Assembly: GCA_001179505.1 (NCBI GenBank)
Contig: CDMY01000055.1
Span: 136,063 to 200,062, forward strand
Length of the DNA stretch: 64,000 nt
From: Vitrella brassicaformis CCMP3155
Lineage: Eukaryota > Protista > Chromerida
Reading direction: 5' to 3'
Shown in pieces: positions 59,968-64,000 of this stretch (its first letter is position 1; the number at the start of each line of letters is the position of its first letter). The position numbers and the translations under genes were made by a program. A model generated the notes under the pieces. The model had not been told where the DNA came from and searched no databases. It worked only from the letters and a program-made list of their open reading frames with translations.

Positions 59968-60287
59968 CAAGACACGCTTAACGGACCTCCGTTGCTGGCA
60001 ATATACACCCCATTGCCGTCGGTGACCTCCATTGCTGGCAACGGACTTTCATTGCTGGCAACAGACCTCTGTTGCGGGCAATGACCCTCATTGCTGGCAA
60101 CGGACCTTTGTTCCCAGCAATATTGAAGGTCTGTTGCTGGCAACAAAGGTCCGTTGCCAGCAATGAGGGTCCATTGCCCGCAACAGAGGTCTGTTGCCAG
60201 CAATGAAGGTCCGTTGCCAGCAATGGAGGTCACCGACGGCAATGGGGTGTATATTGCCAGCAACGGAGGTCCGTTAAGCGTGTCTTG
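59968..60287. mobile_element. 320-bp foldback / MITE-like near-perfect palindrome of ~20-bp subrepeats
   Basis: Arms of ~153 bp start CAAGACACGCTTAACGGACC and end GGTCCGTTAAGCGTGTCTTG. I found three differences between the arms and a ~13-nt centre. The repeated core is TTGCTGGCAA/TTGCCAGCAA. The palindrome is certain; mobility is inferred and no TSD was found. Confidence 0.7.
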
Positions 60288-60494
60288 AGGACAGTGAGGC
60301 TTACTAAAACGGGCAGACATCTGAGTCGAACACAGCGAGGACTTGATGAGCGGGCAGTCTCTCTATCAGGGCCTCGACATTTGATCCTGACAGCTTCCTC
60401 GGCCCACACACAAACGCCACATACACACACACACACACATCCACCCACACCTCCCACACAGCGACGCCTCTCTCTCTCTCTTCTCTGTGTGCAG

Positions 60495-60664
60495 AGTTCA
60501 GCGACGCCATCGACGCAAACGACAAGGACGCCGTCCAACTGTGGGCTGCTCTCGCCAAGGCCGATGACCAGTCGGTTCTGGGCAAGCTCCTCAAGAGCGT
60601 GGCCCCCAACAAACTCGACATCAAGAAGGCCAAGGACATCAAGAAGAAGCTGGACAAGAAGTGA
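60495..60664 (+). CDS. Orphan terminal exon of a small Lys-rich protein
   Basis: After an acceptor (tgtgtgcag): EFSDAIDANDKDAVQLWAALAKADDQSVLGKLLKSVAPNKLDIKKAKDIKKKLDKK*, with strong GC3 codon bias. Upstream exons were not identified. Confidence 0.55.
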
Positions 60665-61263
60665 TTCCACACACACACACACACACATACACATATCTCC
60701 TTATCGGTCATTTTGTGTTGACGCCCTGGCTTGCCATCGTTTTAATCTGCACCTCCCGGCCGAACCACACCTGCTCTGCCTCTTCATGCTTGCTCGTGCT
60801 GCGCTGCGCTGTGCTGTGCTGTGCTCTGCTGTGCTGTGCTGTCTGCTCGTCCTCGTGCCTGCTTCATGCTGCGTATTGGTCACCCTACACCACACACACA
60901 CAGACACAGACACACAGACACACAGAATTGCATGATCTGTGATGTGCCGTGCCTTCTCTTTATTCAAGCCACTCACTCACCTTCATGCTGTTCCATGATG
61001 GGATGCTTCACGTATGGACACACCTCCCCATTCTCCTTCAACAGCGCTGTCACCTGTGGGGGTCGTGCATCGCGCTCAGCTCGCTGGGCGCCTTACTTGT
61101 GGAAAAGGGTAGCATTGCGGGGGGTGGAGAGGAGTTTACGGCGAGCTCAAGGATATCAGCTCGCGTTCTCGAAAGACCCTGCCCAGACCCCTCGTTGCTT
61201 TGACGCTCATTAGGCACCTCAGCGAACGCAGATCTCGCGAACCGCGCTGATGAGATCGTTGAG

Positions 61264-64000
61264 ATGCCAAGGAGAGGTGTCTGTGTGCCGAGGGGAGGTG
61301 TCTGTGTCTGGCTGTTGCTCGCCGTGTTCGCCAGCTGCGGAGAAGCGGTCGTCATCGAGCTACCAGATGGTGGGCACACAGTTCACAAAAGCAGTGCCAC
61401 ACACACTTCTGAGTGACACTTTGTGAACGTGCGTGACACGCGCAATATCAGGTACAGAGATCCGGGGCATCGACCAGGCAGATACCGACACGGAGGCCTT
61501 CCTGGGCATCCAGTTCGCAGACGCGCCAAGATTTGAGAAGCCGACGCTCATCCCTCTGGGAGGCGGCCACATCGATGCCACGCACAAGGGGCCCGCCTGT
61601 CCGTCCGCGTGCAAGCAGGTCGTTGGCTCGCCGCAATTCTGCTTGTCGGAGAGTGGCTTGCTGGCGGAGCAGTGTCTGCACCTCCACGTGTGGGTGCCCA
61701 AAGGCGTGCGAGAGCGAGGCGACAAGAGGAATGTGCTGGCGCTAATCCACGGTGGGGCTTGGGACGGCGGCACTTCAGGGGCGGCATTCACTGACGGGGC
61801 GGCACTTGCGCAAGGGACAGGTGAGAGCGCGAGAGAGGGGGAGAGAGAGATTTTCACTTGCTCAGCTCATGTCGCCTTGTTTGTGTCTGTGCTGGTATGG
61901 TCAGGTCTTGTGGTCGTGGGCTTAAATTATCGGTTGGGTATCTTCGGCGGCATTGTCACCGATTATCTTCCAAAGAATCTGGGCTTCCTGGACCAGCGTG
62001 TCGCCCTGGAATGGATACAGAAATACATACACGTGACCGCCCAACGCACACACGCACATCACGCCACGCCACACCACACCAGACAGAGCAGACGAGACCG
62101 GCCTACACAATGTGTGTCTGTGTGCGCTGTGTGCAGCACTTCGGCGGTTCGCGTGACGTCACACTAGTGGGCTTCAGTGCGGGTGCTGCAAGTGCCGCCT
62201 GCCATCTCGCGTCAGGGAGCGCAGGACGGCTGTTCAAGAAGGTGATTGCAGTATCGCAGGACTGCTGCCAAAGCGGGAGATCCCTCGAGGTGAGCTCACA
62301 AAGAGAATCGACCACAGACCAGGCTGACGCAATTGCCTCTCCTCTCCTTCTTGTGTTGTCAGCTCGCCAAGTCGCAGAGCAACTTTGCCTTGACCGCCCT
62401 GACGCCCTCGTGCGGCCCCGTCCACAAGGCCGAGAGGGACCTGGACGCCTACATCGAGTGCATCAAGACCGCACCTTTGGAGGACATTACGGCGGCGAAT
62501 CTGCTGGGCAATATGTACCTCGTTCTCGAGGACTTCTTTCTCCTGCTGGCGCCGTGGCGGCTGGTGGAAGACGGGGAGGTCCTCCCAAACAACTGCTATG
62601 ACCCCCTCGTCACGGTGAGAATCGGCGGGCGTGCCCATCCCTCCATCCATCGGTGCACGCGGCCGGTGATTGGCGCTATGTGTCCTGTGTGAGTGCAGGG
62701 CGAGTACAACACTGATGTGCCGCTGATGCTGTCGTCAACGCCAAATGAAGGGACGGTGTTCATTCGCGGGGCCATCAACTTCGCTGTGCGCGACTTCGCC
62801 GACATGCTCACCCAGGTCGTCTTCAATCCGGTCACATGGATGGCAACCATCAAGGGGCTCTTTGGCACCAAAGCGGTACGAGAGTAACAACCACACGCCC
62901 AATTTTCTTCCAAATTTGGAATGCTATCCCTCTCTCCTCCTTCTGTGTGAATCCAGGACGAGTTCCTCGAGCTTTACCCTCTTGATGGTGTTGGTGAGCC
63001 CGCCACGATCGGCCTGACGCCCGACAAGCCCGACACGGTATCCTCGTTCAGCAGCGCCTTCGGCCACTCGGAATTCTTCTGCTCGACGCGGCAGCTGTGC
63101 GCCAATGTGACGGGCACGTGTTACCTCGCCTCATACGAATCAGGGTGGGAGGGCATGGTAGAAGCACACAGAGAGAGATACGGAAAAGGCAATGCAGTGT
63201 GTGTCTTTCTTTCTGTGTGTGTTTGTGTGCCCAGGTGGTCGTACACCGAGAGTGAAAAGTTCACCGACAAGAGTGAATCCGGCTCGTATTTCCACTCCCT
63301 CAACCGCTTCTGCGGTGCGGATGAGATCAGATGCCACCTGGAGGACCAGCCATGGCTGCTGCAAAGCGCACGCAGAATGCCAGAGGGTCAGCAGCGCAAC
63401 ATACATACAGAACAAGCTGACGGGAGGGCACGTGAGTGGATGGATGAATGGTGTCTCTCGTTCAGGTTTCGCTTTCACGTCTGCCGAGGAGGAGGCCGTC
63501 AAGACAGTCCACCGGTACTGGAGAAACTTTGCCAACACTGGCGTGCCGGATGGTGATGGTGATTCTGCTGCTGGCTCCTCCCTGCCCCCCTGGCCCCCCT
63601 ACACTCGCGAAGAGAGGCTGTATATGAAGCTGTCCATCCTCAGCGACGACGCACCGCCTGGCCGTGCCCTCAGCGAGGCCGGCTACATGAACGACGAGTG
63701 CGGCTTCTGGGACAGCATCATGCCAAAGTACGATGTCTCATGGAAAGGATACGCCGACAGAACCAGGCAGGCGCGGTATGGCGAGAGTGAGGGCGGCGAG
63801 TGCGGGTCGCTTCAGTGCCCCAGCGGCAGTGTGTGCGTCACGACGGCCAATGCGGATATGCCATCGCTGGGCGGAGGCAGCTGGGAAGAGTGGCTCGCAG
63901 AGGACCCGGTAGGTAAAGGAGCGAGCAGTGCACACAACACCCCACCACAACATGGCACGGGGTTGCACTCTGCGTGTCACTCACTGCTTGCTGTTGTTGT
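61264..64000 (+). CDS. Secreted carboxylesterase, inverted paralog of 17714-20810 (runs off window)
   Basis: Same exon structure and catalytic motifs (GFSAG, STPNEG, RCHLEDQ); starts MPRRGVCVPRGGVCVWLLL. Confidence 0.88.

Noticed and set aside
59977-60278. piggyBac TTAA target-site duplication around the foldback
   Set aside because: The inverted symmetry extends about 10 bp beyond both TTAA motifs, so they are part of the arms rather than a TSD.
59968-60287. CRISPR-like array of ~20-bp repeats
   Set aside because: There are no unique spacers, the units are mirrored into one palindrome, the context is eukaryotic, and there are no cas genes.
101-64000. Most listed short ORFs (antisense or shifted-frame, Ser/Arg/Cys/Val-rich)
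   Set aside because: They are shadows of GC3-biased exons or translations of (GT)n/(CA)n intron microsatellites.
1-64000. tRNA, rRNA or snRNA genes
   Set aside because: No cloverleaf/T-loop signatures or conserved rRNA stretches were seen by eye; a tRNAscan/Infernal run would be needed to exclude them fully.

Overview
This is eukaryotic, GC-rich genomic DNA with dense, short GT-AG introns full of (GT)n/(CTGT)n/(CA)n microsatellites. An alveolin (IMC-type) gene and a nucleus-encoded protein with a bipartite plastid leader point to a chromerid alga such as Vitrella (inference). The window holds about 20 genes or gene fragments and two 300-N gaps (11348-11647, 16796-17095). Recognisable genes: a DEDDh 3'-5' exonuclease; an alveolin plus a partial duplicate; a secreted type-B carboxylesterase as two inverted near-complete copies plus two 3' fragments; a large LRR + Cys-repeat + multipass membrane protein (CRMP-like); a polycystin-like TM + IQ + C2 protein; a TM + LRR + EF-hand protein; a TMEM151-like ORF; and several hypotheticals. 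The most striking unexplained structure is an uncharacterised gene family (called Family X here) with 7 copies or fragments. It has an intron-free core of about 1 kb, an F-box-like N-terminus in some copies, pseudogenes, a chimera, and a sharply bounded C-terminal patch that appears swapped between paralogs, suggesting gene-conversion-type diversification. A near-perfect 320-bp foldback palindrome built from about 20-bp subrepeats (59968-60287) sits inside a 1.95-kb segment that is absent from the duplicated copy of that locus. I saw no rRNA, tRNA or CRISPR arrays. All family assignments come from motifs read by eye; no database searches were run.
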